DNA of 64,000 nt from Bispira polyomma (lineage: Eukaryota). A program made the translations under genes and the position numbers. The DNA lies in assembly GCA_965649765.1 (NCBI GenBank), contig OZ287749.1, positions 89,652,001 to 89,716,000 of the forward strand. Direction: 5' to 3'. The notes under the pieces were generated by a model, which saw nothing but the letters and a program-made list of their open reading frames with translations, ran no database searches and was not told the DNA's origin. This document shows positions 41,001 through 51,610 of the stretch, in pieces (the first letter of the stretch is position 1; every line of letters starts with the position of its first letter).

Positions 41001-42043
41001 CATTACACAATTAAAAAATGAACAAGTGCTAAAGCCATTGTAAACCACAAAATAGACCGAATAATCTGTCCCTATTTAGCGAGATTCCTTGCTGTTATTT
41101 TGCCGACAGACTCACGAAAGGGACAGAATGGCTTCCATAAGCAAAACATTGTAAATCAAAATGGGCATATATAGAGATAGAATCTGATAAAAATAAATAC
41201 ATCTCCTCATTCCTTATATATGATATAGTAGCTGATTTTGTGTTATATCATGCCAATATGGTACATGAAATTAATATAAAATAAAAACCAAACCACATAC
41301 ACCGGTTTAACACTGTTGGCCATGTTACACCAGGTGAAACTTACAACGTTTTGCTTATGGAAGCCGTTCTGTCCCTTTTCTGGAGCCCGTCGGCAAAATA
41401 ACATCAAGGAATCTCGCTAAATAGAGACAGATTATTCAGTCTAACCACCAACCTACGGCAAGTTACTCTCCCGCATGACGGACAGAACAGCTTTCGAACC
41501 CACATTGGTTCCAAGAGACCAGTGCTTGTAAAACTAACGTTTATAACCATTAGGCCTCCTTTTACACTGTAGATGATGTAAATTTGCAATTGTACCAACA
41601 TACTATTCATTATTTATATGAAATGTATTTTTACTTTAAATGTTATAATAATTTTAAAATACATGTTCATGTATTCTAGTAGTGAATAAAAGTGTTATTC
41701 GAATATACATGATTCTAATTTATTATACTAATAGCCATACTTCACTAACTAAAGAGAACTAAAAAAAACTAATCACAAGGGTTATCAAATGGTCTGTCCT
41801 TTTACCTGCCCTGGTTGAGAAATACACAGACAGTCCAATAGTAATCCCTGTCAAGGCCACTACAGTTACCACAGCAACCACTAATACCATAGGACTGACG
41901 GCTGCCGCACTTGGGGCTGCTTTGGTTGCAGCGTAGAAATTGTTCGTAGGCCGGGGTTTGTTAAACGAAGAAGGCCGGAACTTCTGTGAATATGGTGTTC
42001 CGCCCTGGTAATACTGGGGCGCACTTCGGTAGAGATCTGCCAT
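20974..42043 (-). CDS. CILP: CILP-family gene (12 coding exons, ~1393 aa): predicted type II membrane protein TM-mucin-TSP1x2-CarboxypepD_reg-like-Ig-CILP core-furin site-VWA-like
   Basis: Exons 41806-42043, 40137-40484, 39145-39303, 37360-37524, 30102-30392, 28986-29094, 27792-27940, 26665-27326, 25763-25883, 22312-23688, 21595-21991, 20974-21139 join in frame via GT-AG introns (sum 4182 nt). CILP-like motifs: HPSSKKRIVGDDVLFCCAAIGNPLPKYYEW, FCPDSPE..RLP, IDPKD..SAPGDF...LRTYGM, SGMWEE, RKKR, WFNFD, CLSKVRIY, GPFY. Confidence 0.85.
21253..21333 (-). pseudogene. tRNA-like sequence (TTG/Gln-like anticodon loop), probably SINE head or tRNA pseudogene, in last intron
   Basis: A-box GGCCTAGCGG, anticodon arm TCAGA-CTTTGGA-TCTGG, B-box GTTCGATCC; acceptor stem does not pair. 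Confidence 0.5.
21595..21991 (-). CDS. CILP: Coding exon 11: degenerate VWA-like domain (N part)
   Basis: TNIDCFGEVIIILNPQVNS...IVEQMPIGPENVRVSLTLL...WNL...TRDGVKVLLIAFD; TTCAG acceptor, GA|GTAAGT donor. Confidence 0.8.
22312..23688 (-). CDS. CILP: Coding exon 10: CILP core, furin site RKKR (23459-23470) and C-terminal region
   Basis: Most of the 490-aa ORF; ACCAG acceptor 23689-90, GAA|GTGAGT donor at 22311. Confidence 0.9.
25763..25883 (-). CDS. CILP: Coding exon 9: CILP core
   Basis: GLVTPYVSIIDPKDVKQLESAPGDFTTSGSDGEEEQLRTY(G); TTAAG acceptor, ATG|GTAAGT donor. Confidence 0.9.
25936..26150 (-). mobile_element. tRNA-derived SINE copy (intron 8)
   Basis: Same family as 15170-15400; CCGCAATGACCTAGTG head, AAATTC-repeat tail. 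Confidence 0.75.
26665..27326 (-). CDS. CILP: Coding exon 8: CILP Cys-rich region + second prealbumin-like domain
   Basis: ENPDDFCPDSPESKFQRLPNGC...FCC...CGCSEC...VPADSFYDEAGNLYE; TGTAG acceptor, GAG|GTAAAA donor. Confidence 0.9.
27792..27940 (-). CDS. CILP: Coding exon 7: Ig domain C-half
   Basis: (W)FKNNVLITRDSGSTLSLTSVTLDSAGIYRCRANTDSQGIFSNDATLTVK; AACAG acceptor, AAG|GTACAG donor. Confidence 0.9.
28986..29094 (-). CDS. CILP: Coding exon 6: Ig domain N-half
   Basis: ELLTMDLHPSSKKRIVGDDVLFCCAAIGNPLPKYYE(W); TACAG acceptor, TG|GTAAGT donor; the CC-x-A-x-G-x-P motif is typical of the CILP Ig domain. Confidence 0.9.
30102..30392 (-). CDS. CILP: Coding exon 5: Cys-rich linker + carboxypeptidase-regulatory-like (prealbumin-fold) domain
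   Basis: DCTTVCTSGVLSASCTHCECHGKFEGAVQSTTGVALGGVEI...TTGPSGNYSLENLC...FQKAGY; CATAG acceptor, CAG|GTGGGT donor. Confidence 0.87.
33629..36712. mobile_element. 3084-bp TG..CA insertion with 7-bp terminal IR and 4-bp TSD (solo-LTR-like, Gypsy-type; or Ginger-like)
   Basis: Starts TGTAGCG (33629), ends CGCTACA (36712); TSD CAGG at 33625-28 and 36713-16; removal restores a minisatellite unit. Confidence 0.85.
36713..37365. repeat. 45/49-bp alternating minisatellite derived from exon 4 3' end + splice donor
   Basis: Units CCTTACCTGGACAGATCCAGGGCTCACAGTCCTG match the exon junction CCTTACCTGGACAGGGCCAGGGCTCGCACTCCTG; one more unit at 33597-33628. Confidence 0.92.
37360..37524 (-). CDS. CILP: Coding exon 4: thrombospondin type-1 repeat 2
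   Basis: [27 protein letters not shown]...CEPWPCP; TGCAG acceptor, CCAG|GTAAGG donor. Confidence 0.92.
38401..38655. mobile_element. Tc1/mariner-type MITE, TA TSD
   Basis: TA|CAGGGTTGCTAAAATGGCAGATAC..CTCCTTTAA vs TTAAGGAG..GTATCTACCATTTTAGTATCCTTG|TA. Confidence 0.7.
39145..39303 (-). CDS. CILP: Coding exon 3: thrombospondin type-1 repeat 1 (not in correct frame in ORF track)
   Basis: Translates DVLGTWSDWGDFGACDLACGGGIQRRSRDCNGSYCVGSATSSQRCNTQACTVT; CCAG acceptor, CTG|GTGGGT donor; phase 1-1. Confidence 0.9.
39660..40130. repeat. Degenerate ~33-bp tandem repeat abutting exon 2 donor
   Basis: Unit AAATTCTATAAACATAGCCAAATGCTATAAGAC. Confidence 0.85.
40137..40484 (-). CDS. CILP: Coding exon 2: Thr/Pro/Glu-rich mucin-like stalk
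   Basis: Acceptor CATAG at 40485-86, donor GAAG|GTTAGT; DTATTVAPTTVPT...(VDPTTP)x3...DEPTTTQE; phase 1-1. Confidence 0.8.
41053..41443. mobile_element. Academ-like MITE (~100-bp TIRs, TAG..CTA termini) inserted in a SINE
   Basis: TAGACCGAATAATCTGTCCCTATTTAGCGAGATTCCTTG... / ...CAAGGAATCTCGCTAAATAGAGACAGATTATTCAGTCTA; flanks ACCACAAAA / ACCACCAAC (7/9 match). Confidence 0.8.
41806..42043 (-). CDS. CILP: Coding exon 1: Tyr-rich cytoplasmic tail + signal-anchor/TM helix
   Basis: MADLYRSAPQYYQGGTPYSQKF...VLVVAVVTVVALTGITIGLSVYFSTRA; ATG at 42043; donor CAG|GTAAAA at 41805; acceptor TTTAG at 42079-80 with an upstream in-exon stop-rich leader. Confidence 0.75.
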
Positions 42044-42055
42044 GTCAATTCAGTG

Positions 42056-42315
42056 CTAATTCTTTATTGGGCAAATACCTAAACATATACAAAGGTCATG
42101 GGTATCATTTTATTATCACTCTAATTCTTTATTGGGCAAATACCTAAACATATACAAAGGTCATGTGTATCATTTTATTATCACTCTAAGCCTTTATTAG
42201 GCAAATACCTAAACATATACAAAGGTCATGTGTATCATTTTATTATCACTCTAATTCTTTATTGGCCAAATACCTAAACATATACAAAGGTCATGGGTAT
42301 CATTTTATTATAATT
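42056..42315. repeat. 65-bp x4 tandem repeat containing the exon 1 splice acceptor
   Basis: Units start at 42056, 42121, 42186, 42251; each has minus-strand GTATATGTTTAG|GTATTTG. Confidence 0.92.
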
Positions 42316-42959
42316 CTATTATGAAGAATGTAGTGTATTCTAATTCCAAATTTAAAATCATAAAAATACAGTTTGTAACACAATTTGTACATTTCTAAGT
42401 GGAAACTTGTTGATATAAATGTATTTAATGTATTAAAATTTCTAAATCAATATCAATTAACAATGTACGTCATGTATATTTTAAGTTAACATTATATATA
42501 TTTCAATTGAAAATAATAATAAAATTGGCAAAATTGTAAACAGCCAAATTTTGTTTTTTATACATAGACCTAGCGTTACTCATTAGTCGGGGTGGTTTTG
42601 TTACTACATAAAAATGCAGCCTTAACTATAAGGACGTATCTTTAATTACTATAAGGATGAATAATTATGGTGTATCATTTATTTGAAATATGTATCTTTT
42701 ACTATAATGATGCATCATTTACTAAAAACATGTGTCCTTTATACTATAATCATATATCGTTATCTGAAAGAAGGTATACCTTACCAAATTGTGTATCCTT
42801 TATTAAAAGTGTATCATTTACTAAACTTCACTGGAAGGATTATACCATACTAAAATGGCGTATCCTTAACTATAATGATGTAACTTTTACTAAAAGGACG
42901 TAACCTTAACTACAAGAATGGATCCTTTATTTGCTACTCTGGCCTTGTCTTTGTATGAT

Positions 42960-43283
42960 ATACCCAATGCATTTATCTTACTTGGTCTTGCATTCAAAGT
43001 GGTAAATGAACAGCCAACCAGTAACTTTTTCCTTAACTGACGATGGAGGCTTCAGGGTGAAATCATCTATCAACATCAAGGTCATTCAGCCAGTCAGACT
43101 GGGAAAAGGACCCGATGACAGATAATTGTCATTTTAAGTGGTGACATCCAAGCCACTCTCTGCATCTATATGTAGCTGGTTGCCCCAGACTGGGATGGAA
43201 ACCAGGTCCTCTGCTGACGTATAGAAGTCTGAATGAGATCGGGCCTTAAGTTAATGAGTTACCCACTGGGCCACAGTGACCTT
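42960..43283 (-). mobile_element. Diverged tRNA-derived SINE
   Basis: Minus strand GTGGCCCAGTGG A-box, GGTTTCCATCCC B-box-like motif, SINE-like body. Confidence 0.5.
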
Positions 43284-43377
43284 ATTTCTTGTGGTAGACA
43301 TATATCTTAAGCAGCATATCACGACTACATGTACTTACATGTCACTGTTCAAGGAAGTAAGAGAGCACCCAGCTTAC

Positions 43378-43508
43378 CTTTCTATGAATGATGGCTTTTA
43401 AGGATACAAATTCGTTGTCTATGATAGAACATGTACCTGGGTCTTGCCGAACATTTGTTGCATTACACTTACTGTTTCTTGTAGCTTATTGCTAAAATAA
43501 TGTTTATC
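43378..43508 (-). other. Candidate non-coding 5'UTR exon of the CILP-like gene
   Basis: CTGCAG acceptor at 43509-10 and AAAG|GTAAGC donor; not an obvious repeat; no transcript evidence. Confidence 0.35.
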
Positions 43509-45414
43509 CTGCAGCAAACATAAGTCTGACCAAACCAAAAGTTTTAGCATTTAAGTTCACAATATATTCTAGGAGTGGACTTTCCCCAGCCCCACCCCAT
43601 TTTGGTCACAAAACCCTGGATCTGTCTATGCTAAGGCTGCTTAGCAAGATAGCCAATTAAACTTTTGTTTGCACAAGTACAGCCAACACCGGTTACTATC
43701 ATTAAAGACTTCAAAGAAATACTTTGAAGACTTAAGGATGACCGTGTATAAATATTTTAAGGTTCTTTAACATGACACAAACTGGGGTAATGACCCAAAT
43801 GGCAGTGATTCAGCCCTTTAAACCACTATTTACCTAGGTTCGAACCCAGGTCATTTGCATTCCTAACTGATTTTGTTATCTATTACACAACGAGTAAATG
43901 AGAATGGGAAAAAGATTTCTTCACAAAACATTTTCTCTAACCTGCCAATGAACAAAGAAAACTCAAAAGAGCACTCAGTAGAGTGCAACAGGCCACAATG
44001 TGCAAAAAAAAATAGTTTTTAAAAATAACACTTGTGGATCCACCCTTCTATCAGGATACCCATAGTTTAATGAATTCTATTTAGTCCCTTTACTAAAGAT
44101 CATGCAGTTACATTCACAATTTTAAATAATTATGTTAAACATTCTTAACCCTGCTAAACAGACATAAGAAAAATACAACAAAAAAAAAAACATTATAGTC
44201 TTTAAAAGTGATTTTAATGCATACCTTTTTAACAGCTTCTATATAATAAATAATTTAAACATTAAGAAGAAAATAGCATAGTCATTAAAAGTGATTTTAA
44301 TGCCTACCTTTTTAACAGCTTCTATTGAATATATTCCTTAACACTTATTCGTGTGTACATTCAGGCTGTCTTTTGTCTGTGTGTAGAAAATTTCTACCCC
44401 TTTTTCAACAGATACGCATGCACGTTAATATATATATAGGCGGCCAGAAATGAGCTATATTTAGATTCTAGTGATGCGAACAAACTTAGAATGACTGCTT
44501 TTAGTTATTTCACAATTCAACACATACGCCCATTTTTTTGTCTGTTGGTGGGGGCAGGGGGTGGGTCAAAAGACACTTTTTTCTAAAAAATATGCCATAC
44601 ATTCAGACAGGGGCGTTTCCCAACTTTTACTTAATTGGCTTAAAAAGCCTTGATTTCCTTGTTGGGGTGGTTTCGAAAACAACACGATTTTTTATTAATA
44701 TGAAATCTTGAGTTAGGTAACCTAATATTTCTAACAAAAGATATTCTACCTTTGTAAGATTTTAGGGCAGGGTTTTTTATTACCAAATTTCAGTCCCCAT
44801 TTTACAACCAATCAACTTCTTTCAAACAAATGTAAACAGAAAAAAGGAGGGCAAACTGTTTGCTTTTTATCTTCGTTACATAAAACTTCAAAATACTAAC
44901 ACTTGTTTTTGTTAAAGCAAACAAGGGTTTACAGTATAAATATGACATTAAGTATATTTGAGATTCACTTAGTTCCAGGTCAAGAAAGGTCACACCAAAT
45001 ATGAAAAAGATTCTGTGTTCATTTTTTCTGAGAAATTACTTTATTTATTTATCTACGTCTTTAAAGTTAGACACATTAATTCCTCAAATATAAACTATAA
45101 TTCTGTTTAGGTAGAAACATTATCTGGGGGAACATTTTTCACTAATTTTTGTTTTTTCTTGTTTTAAATCCAGTTGGAATTTTTCACTCTTGGCCATTTT
45201 TAATGCATAAAAATTGCTATGTATAAGTTACAAAATAGGATTTAATGTTCACCATCAATTATCTAAAAAATAAAAGTAGGTGAAATTAAATGCCAGTGAA
45301 AATGCCCCTTTATACAGTACTTGTTTACCTACAAGAGAGTGTTTTTTTGTCCAGTTAACTTGCCTAGATATTTAATGTTTCTTCAGTTACCTTAATTTGG
45401 GTTTGTTTTTTTTT

Positions 45415-45552
45415 TGTAATCAGAAGGTCCCCAGTTTGGCTCCCAGGTGGAGGGGTTAGTCTGGTAATCAGAAAGTCTCCAATTCGACTACCAGGTGGGG
45501 GGAGTTAGTTTGGTAGTCAGAAGGTCCCCAGTTCAACTCTCAGGTGGGACGA
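45415..45552 (+). repeat. ~47-bp x3 tandem repeat resembling a tRNA/SINE 3' half
   Basis: GTAATCAGAAGGTCCCCAGTTCAACTCTCAGGTGGG units with a B-box-like core. Confidence 0.6.
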
Positions 45553-46947
45553 CTCTTAATTTGGTTGTTTGCTGCAGAAGATACGTCGCATCAATAAAGA
45601 GTGTTAGAAATTGATAATACAACATAAATGACAAGATACTTTTGTTTTGACTACCACTGCACAACATGACCAGATATGTTGAAAACAAAATTAGTTTGTA
45701 TTCCTAATCATTAATACATTTTAGGGTTGTTTATATACATTTTTTAGTATGTCTAAAGAAAGATAGGGACAAATAATAAGATATCAACTATTAACGAAGT
45801 AGTAAACAAGAAAAAAAGTAGGGTTAAATTATGAAGAATAACACGTTGTCTAAACTAAACGCCCATATAATAAACCTAATGTTGGGGGGGGAAACTGAGT
45901 CGCTTTTTTCAAGACATTGTGCGCTGTACCAGAAATGAACAAATTGCAAAAAAACCATGACCTTCGACACTGTCACAAAAGAACAGGTATCACATAAATC
46001 ACCACAATATTCTAATGCATTTGGAAGAGTCTGTTTAACCTTGTCAACGCCCTTTTTTAATGTGAACACTTTCTGTGTATGTGTGTGAATGTTCCAGAGT
46101 GTAAAACTACGATGGTTTAAAAAGGCCATAAAGGTTTCACAACTAGAAAACATTTTTTAAGTGACTAATTGAAAACGAATTAAAAAAATTGAAAGTAACA
46201 TAACAAATTGCGAAACCTATTTTAAGTGGTTAATTTGTTTTTATTTTGTTAATTTGTTTTGTATTTGTAAAACCTGTATGCCCCTTCTAGGCCATCGTAG
46301 TAAAAAATACAAGGAAATGAAATAGGTTTCTACACATTATTTAATTTACTGTATATTTGTGTATGAGAACATATATTATATCTCTGAACTCAAACATAAT
46401 GATGGAATTCACATTGGGGAAGCTGATTTATTGAAAATATTATTGATATGTGATGATGCCTTTGAATTTCAACTCCATATTGGAACTGATTCTATAATTA
46501 CTGATTGTATATTTCAAGGCTTGTGTATTCTAAATTCAGTCCCAATGTCATGCATTTTTATTTCCATCACCCCTCTTCCCCCCACCCCCAGCCCCCACCT
46601 CCAACCTTTCACTATTGGTAATGAAGTTTAAAATGTTAATTCTAGAAATTCGAATCATCAAAATTCAAAATCATTCATCTCACTGGTTATTTAAAGATTG
46701 TACAACCAAACCATTTAAATGTAAACTGTATGACACATGTTTTCATCAAATTTTCCTTAGTTGACATTATAATCTGACCTATTCAGGTAAAACCTATGTT
46801 ATCTATGCATATGATAAACTTAAATAAGACAGGTATTACTAAAAAATAATCAGGGCTTGTATTCTTAAAATAATTCAAACCACTATAAGCCAGGCTTCCA
46901 TGTTTCAGATATATCTATCCGCCGATGTTTTGTATGCCAGTACTTAC

Positions 46948-47022
46948 AGTGTCGCCACTTTCCATGTGTCAGATGAGATCAGATGTCGGCAGAAGACTTC
47001 AGATTGTTTGGCAGTCAAGGAA
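46948..47022 (-). other. Candidate upstream 5'UTR exon
   Basis: Pyrimidine tract + CCTTAG acceptor (47023-24) and ACT|GTAAGT donor; contains ATG (MESGDT). Confidence 0.35.
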
Positions 47023-47189
47023 CTAAGGGGAGTGGGAAAAAAATGACAAATTTGGCCAATTTTTGTTGTTGTGGAATATGTCTTTTGAAAATGTGATTTC
47101 ATTAAATGTAACACACAGAAACACATTTGAATCAGCTGCATGGAAACATAAATCACCTGGTGTCTGACAAAAAACTTTGTGATCAGCAA

Positions 47190-47452
47190 CATAGAAGTGT
47201 AATCTGGTCTATTAAATTGATAGACTCCAGGATCACTGACATGGAAATGAAGTCTTATCTATTAAATTAGTACAGGCCAGGATCGGTGACATGGAAGTGT
47301 AGTCTTATCTATTAAATCATCCGACGCCAGGATCGGTGACTTGGAAGTGTAGTCTTATCTATTAAATTGGTAGACACCAGGATAGGTGACATGGAAGTGT
47401 AGTCTTATCTATTAAATTGGTAGATGCCAGGATAGGTGACATGGAAGTGTAC
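47190..47452. repeat. 50-bp minisatellite, ~5 copies
   Basis: Unit GACATGGAAGTGTAGTCTTATCTATTAAATTGGTAGACACCAGGATAGGT. Confidence 0.9.
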
Positions 47453-47999
47453 GCTGATCTAGGATCTAGGACACGTCAACAACGAAATCATGGAAGCTTA
47501 GGCCTAATGATATAACAAAATAAAATACCCTGGACATGTTACAAACTGTGTGTCATTTCTTTTTTAAATTCTCATTAGATTGAGTTCACTTGAGACTGCA
47601 TATTAAATCCACCAATCACTGACTATAACAGGGAAAATGACAGTTTTTCAAACTAATTTCAAAAGAGAGATCTTACTGATGTGTATCCATACCTACTAAT
47701 ATCAAACTACAACAGCTATACTTATAATTATCTCTACAGGTCGTATTTCCCATTCGTTTTGTGTGTATGTTTTTAATGACATAAAAAAGTGTACACTCTC
47801 TTTGAAAATAGCTGATACTTTTATATTTAATGAAAAAATCCTCAGGTGTAATTTAGTGTCTATTCAGTTTATTGTTATCCTATATCTTGTTATAATTTTA
47901 TACTTCAGCAGAAACTCCTAATAATTAAATTGGCTTGGAAGTGGCATTTGTGGAATAAAATTGGTAAAATTGATTTAAGTAACTTAACAAGAATAATAT

Positions 48000-48385
48000 T
48001 TGAATGGAATTTGCAAAAACTGTTCCGGACTCAAGATAAATTCAGACAAAGCAGTAATTACACCTTTGGGTGCAAAAAAGTAAAACAAAAACCTAATATT
48101 TCTAAAGAAACTGAAAAACATCACTTTGAATAATACAGCTTTTAAAACTCTAGGTGTTTGGTTTTCCTATGATCAAAATGAAAAACTTACAAGACCAAAC
48201 TTTGACAATAAAATTGAAAATTTCTACCTATTTGGACATCTAGAAATTTATCTTGGAAAGGGAAAGTTACTATAATCAAAACACTGGCTATACCTCAGAT
48301 AAGCCAGATTAACCTTATCTGTCTATGTGTTTTTGTCCACCTTACATTCTAGATAAAATAGGCACAATTTATTTAATTTCTTGCC
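48000..48385 (+). mobile_element. Tx1/L1-clade LINE RT fragment (degenerate)
   Basis: Frames read KTLGVWFSYD and WTSRNLSWKGKVTIIKTLAIPQI, typical post-RT motifs of Tx1/L1 ORF2. Confidence 0.7.
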
Positions 48386-48404
48386 GTTAAAGTCTCTTTC
48401 AATT

Positions 48405-49645
48405 GAAGGTGACCTTAAGTCACATACAGTTTATATTTAAAAGTAAGCTTAAAATGTTATTTAGGTGACCTTAACCTATGAGTTCACCTTTCTAATGTAT
48501 ATTAGTAGATGTTTGATTTTTAACCCCTTAACATTGCGTGTTAGATAAACGTAATAAAGTCTATACACTTGTATTGCTTGTGATTGTTCATATATCACTT
48601 TGTCCCTAATCTCGGGTGGCCCCGGTTGACTGGTGTAGAAGATGCACAGCACCTTACACACTGTTAATAAGATAAGCTCTTTAGCCCTTCAACTTCGCAA
48701 CCATTTACGGTAGTCTCCCTGGTTACGACTTCCATCTGTCCACTATTTTTGATTTTTGATTAATGTTTTGGGTTTGTTGCGCCTTAGAATTTGTTGTACA
48801 AAGATTAAGCGCTATAAAAGTACGACTAGATTAGATTAGATTAGAACTTCCCCAGTATTTGGCCGTTCCATATAAGGCTCTGTGGTACGAAATGGGACTA
48901 TAAAACCCCATGTTTTAGGGTCAGAGGTGTCATTAAGTGTTAACGGGAGAGAGTGCTGCTTGCTTGCCCACCCTCCTCATCCTTTAGTTATTGAGTAATA
49001 TTATATACAATTTTATATGTATAAAACACTGTAGCATATATTCAAATGTGAAGTCATGTATTTTGAGGGAAATGGTACAAGAGAGAGTAAAACCTGGGAA
49101 GCCTGCTACATGGCAAGAAGTCAGGGGCCTTGTGCACTACTCAAAAGTACAAAGAGAAAGTCCATGCTGGACAGTACAAAATATAAATCACGCATATATC
49201 ACTATTGTGCACTGATATTGCTTAGTCGAAATATGTTTAAAAGAATGGCTTCAATGAATTTGAGTGAGCTGTGAATGTTAGGTGTACACCAAGATTGTTT
49301 GAGCTAACCTTAAATATAGGTAAAGTTAAAATTAGTAATTAATTTAAGGTGACCTTAAGTCACCATCTTAACTTTAAAGTCCGGATTACATTAATTGTCA
49401 CCATCTTAACTTTAGTTAAAGTCTGCATTACATTGTATATTTAAAGGTAAACTTAAATGTTAATAAGGTGACTTAACATTTGAGTTCAACTTTCTTATAT
49501 ATAATAGTAAATGTTTCATGTTTTAACCCCTTAACATTGCTTCTTAAATAGATGTAATAAATGTCCAAAGTGCTATCCTCGTGTATTGCTTATGATTGTT
49601 CATATATCACTTTGTCCCGATTCTGGGGTGGCCCCCGTTGACTGA
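48405..49645. repeat. ~230-bp direct repeat pair (48405-48635 and 49345-49645)
   Basis: Shared AAGGTGACCTTAAGTCAC...TGATTGTTCATATATCACTTTGTCCC...GGGTGGCCCC.GTTGACTG. Confidence 0.8.
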
Positions 49646-51610
49646 GATAGAAACTGGGAGGTATTACAAGAAAAAAATTTAATGAAAGAATATGTAAACT
49701 TTGTAAATATCCATTTCCTGTGTATCTGTCCTGTTTTAGAAAATATTAATTTAATCAGTTATTATAAATTGGGTATAAATAAAACAATTGGTTTTCTGGA
49801 TCAGTTTCACTAAATATTGTATGATAAAATTAAAATAGTAGCTAATTTGGTATCAGAAATGTGGGAAAACAGAAATTTGTTACTGGTAAATTTTAAGCAA
49901 TTTAGGTATAATTATTGTTAAATTGCCACTTTAATCAGATTAATAGTGACTAATAAGCCCATTAGGGTTGGGTAATATCTTGTCAATGTATAACATTTTA
50001 TTTCTTTTTTGCATCTATACTATATCACTATAATGAATGAAACAATATATAAATAGAATGGTAATACCTGCTAGGCGAGCTGCTCCTAAAAACAAATTCC
50101 TCCTTGTTCAGAAATATAACTCCAAAGTACACAGGTCAAAGGTTCACTTTGATAAAAGTTTTGCAAATGATGCTCCTACTTTCTACAATAGTTTAGTATA
50201 ACACATTAGAACAGCTCCATCCATACATTCCTTCCGGCATAGTTTAAAGACCTATCTGTTCAATGGTGTATTCGCTTCATAGTATCTTTACTGTTCTAAG
50301 TGGACGACTTCCTTCTGTCAATCAATAATGATTTTTGGCTCTGGTTTTGTGTTTTTTTTTTGCGCCCTAGAATTTGTTACAACAAATATAAGCACTGAAA
50401 AAGTCTGATATAATAATAGTAGACTATTAAAAATAACAATTATTCCGGAAAAATGATTTTTTGTGAATAAACATACAGATGGCTCTGGTTAAGCATCATG
50501 TTTGTTACATACAAACAGCCAAACTTCTTTGTATATTTAATTATCATGAGATTGAGGTTACTGGGAACTATGCACATTTTACTAATCCGTGTCTTGATAA
50601 TTATAATAATTTATAATTCTCATACCAGTATTTATATTTATTGTATGTAATGTTTAAGTCCTCAAAAGACTGCTTTACTACTTCAGAAATATTTACAGGA
50701 AGTAAGCTACCAATTTAGACGCCTGCCTCCAGGCCGTATGAAATGTCACATGCGATTAATGGTCATTTTACAGCACCAGAACTTTTTTTAAATGACGCCC
50801 AACTGCTTAGTCAACATTTTATTTGGTATGAAAATTACATATTGTTTTTTGGATCCTTTTCCTGGCATATTGTACTGATTTAAGAGTGATACATTACCTA
50901 AGTTTGAAATGGTCCACCTATAGTGGCTATTTCAGATTGTCTCCCGGTGTTTATAGGTCTCTTAAAATGAAACTAAAGAATGCAAGTTAGATTTGAAGTA
51001 GTATAATCAGTTCTGAAAGTTTGGAATGTGACGGCAAGTGTTAGGACACATTGATAGTATATGTTCTGAAGACATCTGTGTGTTAATAAAAGTTATGTTT
51101 GTAACAACAACACGTTTATTCAATCTTACTAAACAAGTACACTTCATAAGTTTTTATATGTATTTTAATGTCAACACGCGGTCATGTGCCTTCACTCTCG
51201 CTGATCTACTCTCTATAAACTAGCCATCTATATCAACACAGTCTGATTTACCTTGAACTGTTTTCAATGTTAAAAATATACATTGTGTTACTCATAAAGA
51301 CACAAACCTAAAGTTTTATTGGTTCATGTAAAATAAGTCGCATAGGAAATCTCGAACTAGAATGGGTTGGAGCAGGTTATATTTGTCCTTAACATCCTCT
51401 TTTGAAGTCAAATGGAGGTATAGATCGATCCTTATACATAGAATATTATTGGTTTTAGAGTTGAAAGATAAATAACACAGGGGGTGCAAGACTGTGTGTC
51501 TATTGTATGCACAGAATATTATAATCAAGGTAAGGCTTGGATCTATCAAACTTAAATTCACTATCCTTGCAAGCAATACTCTTGTGTCTGCAGCACTTTT
51601 GTCGGGTATA

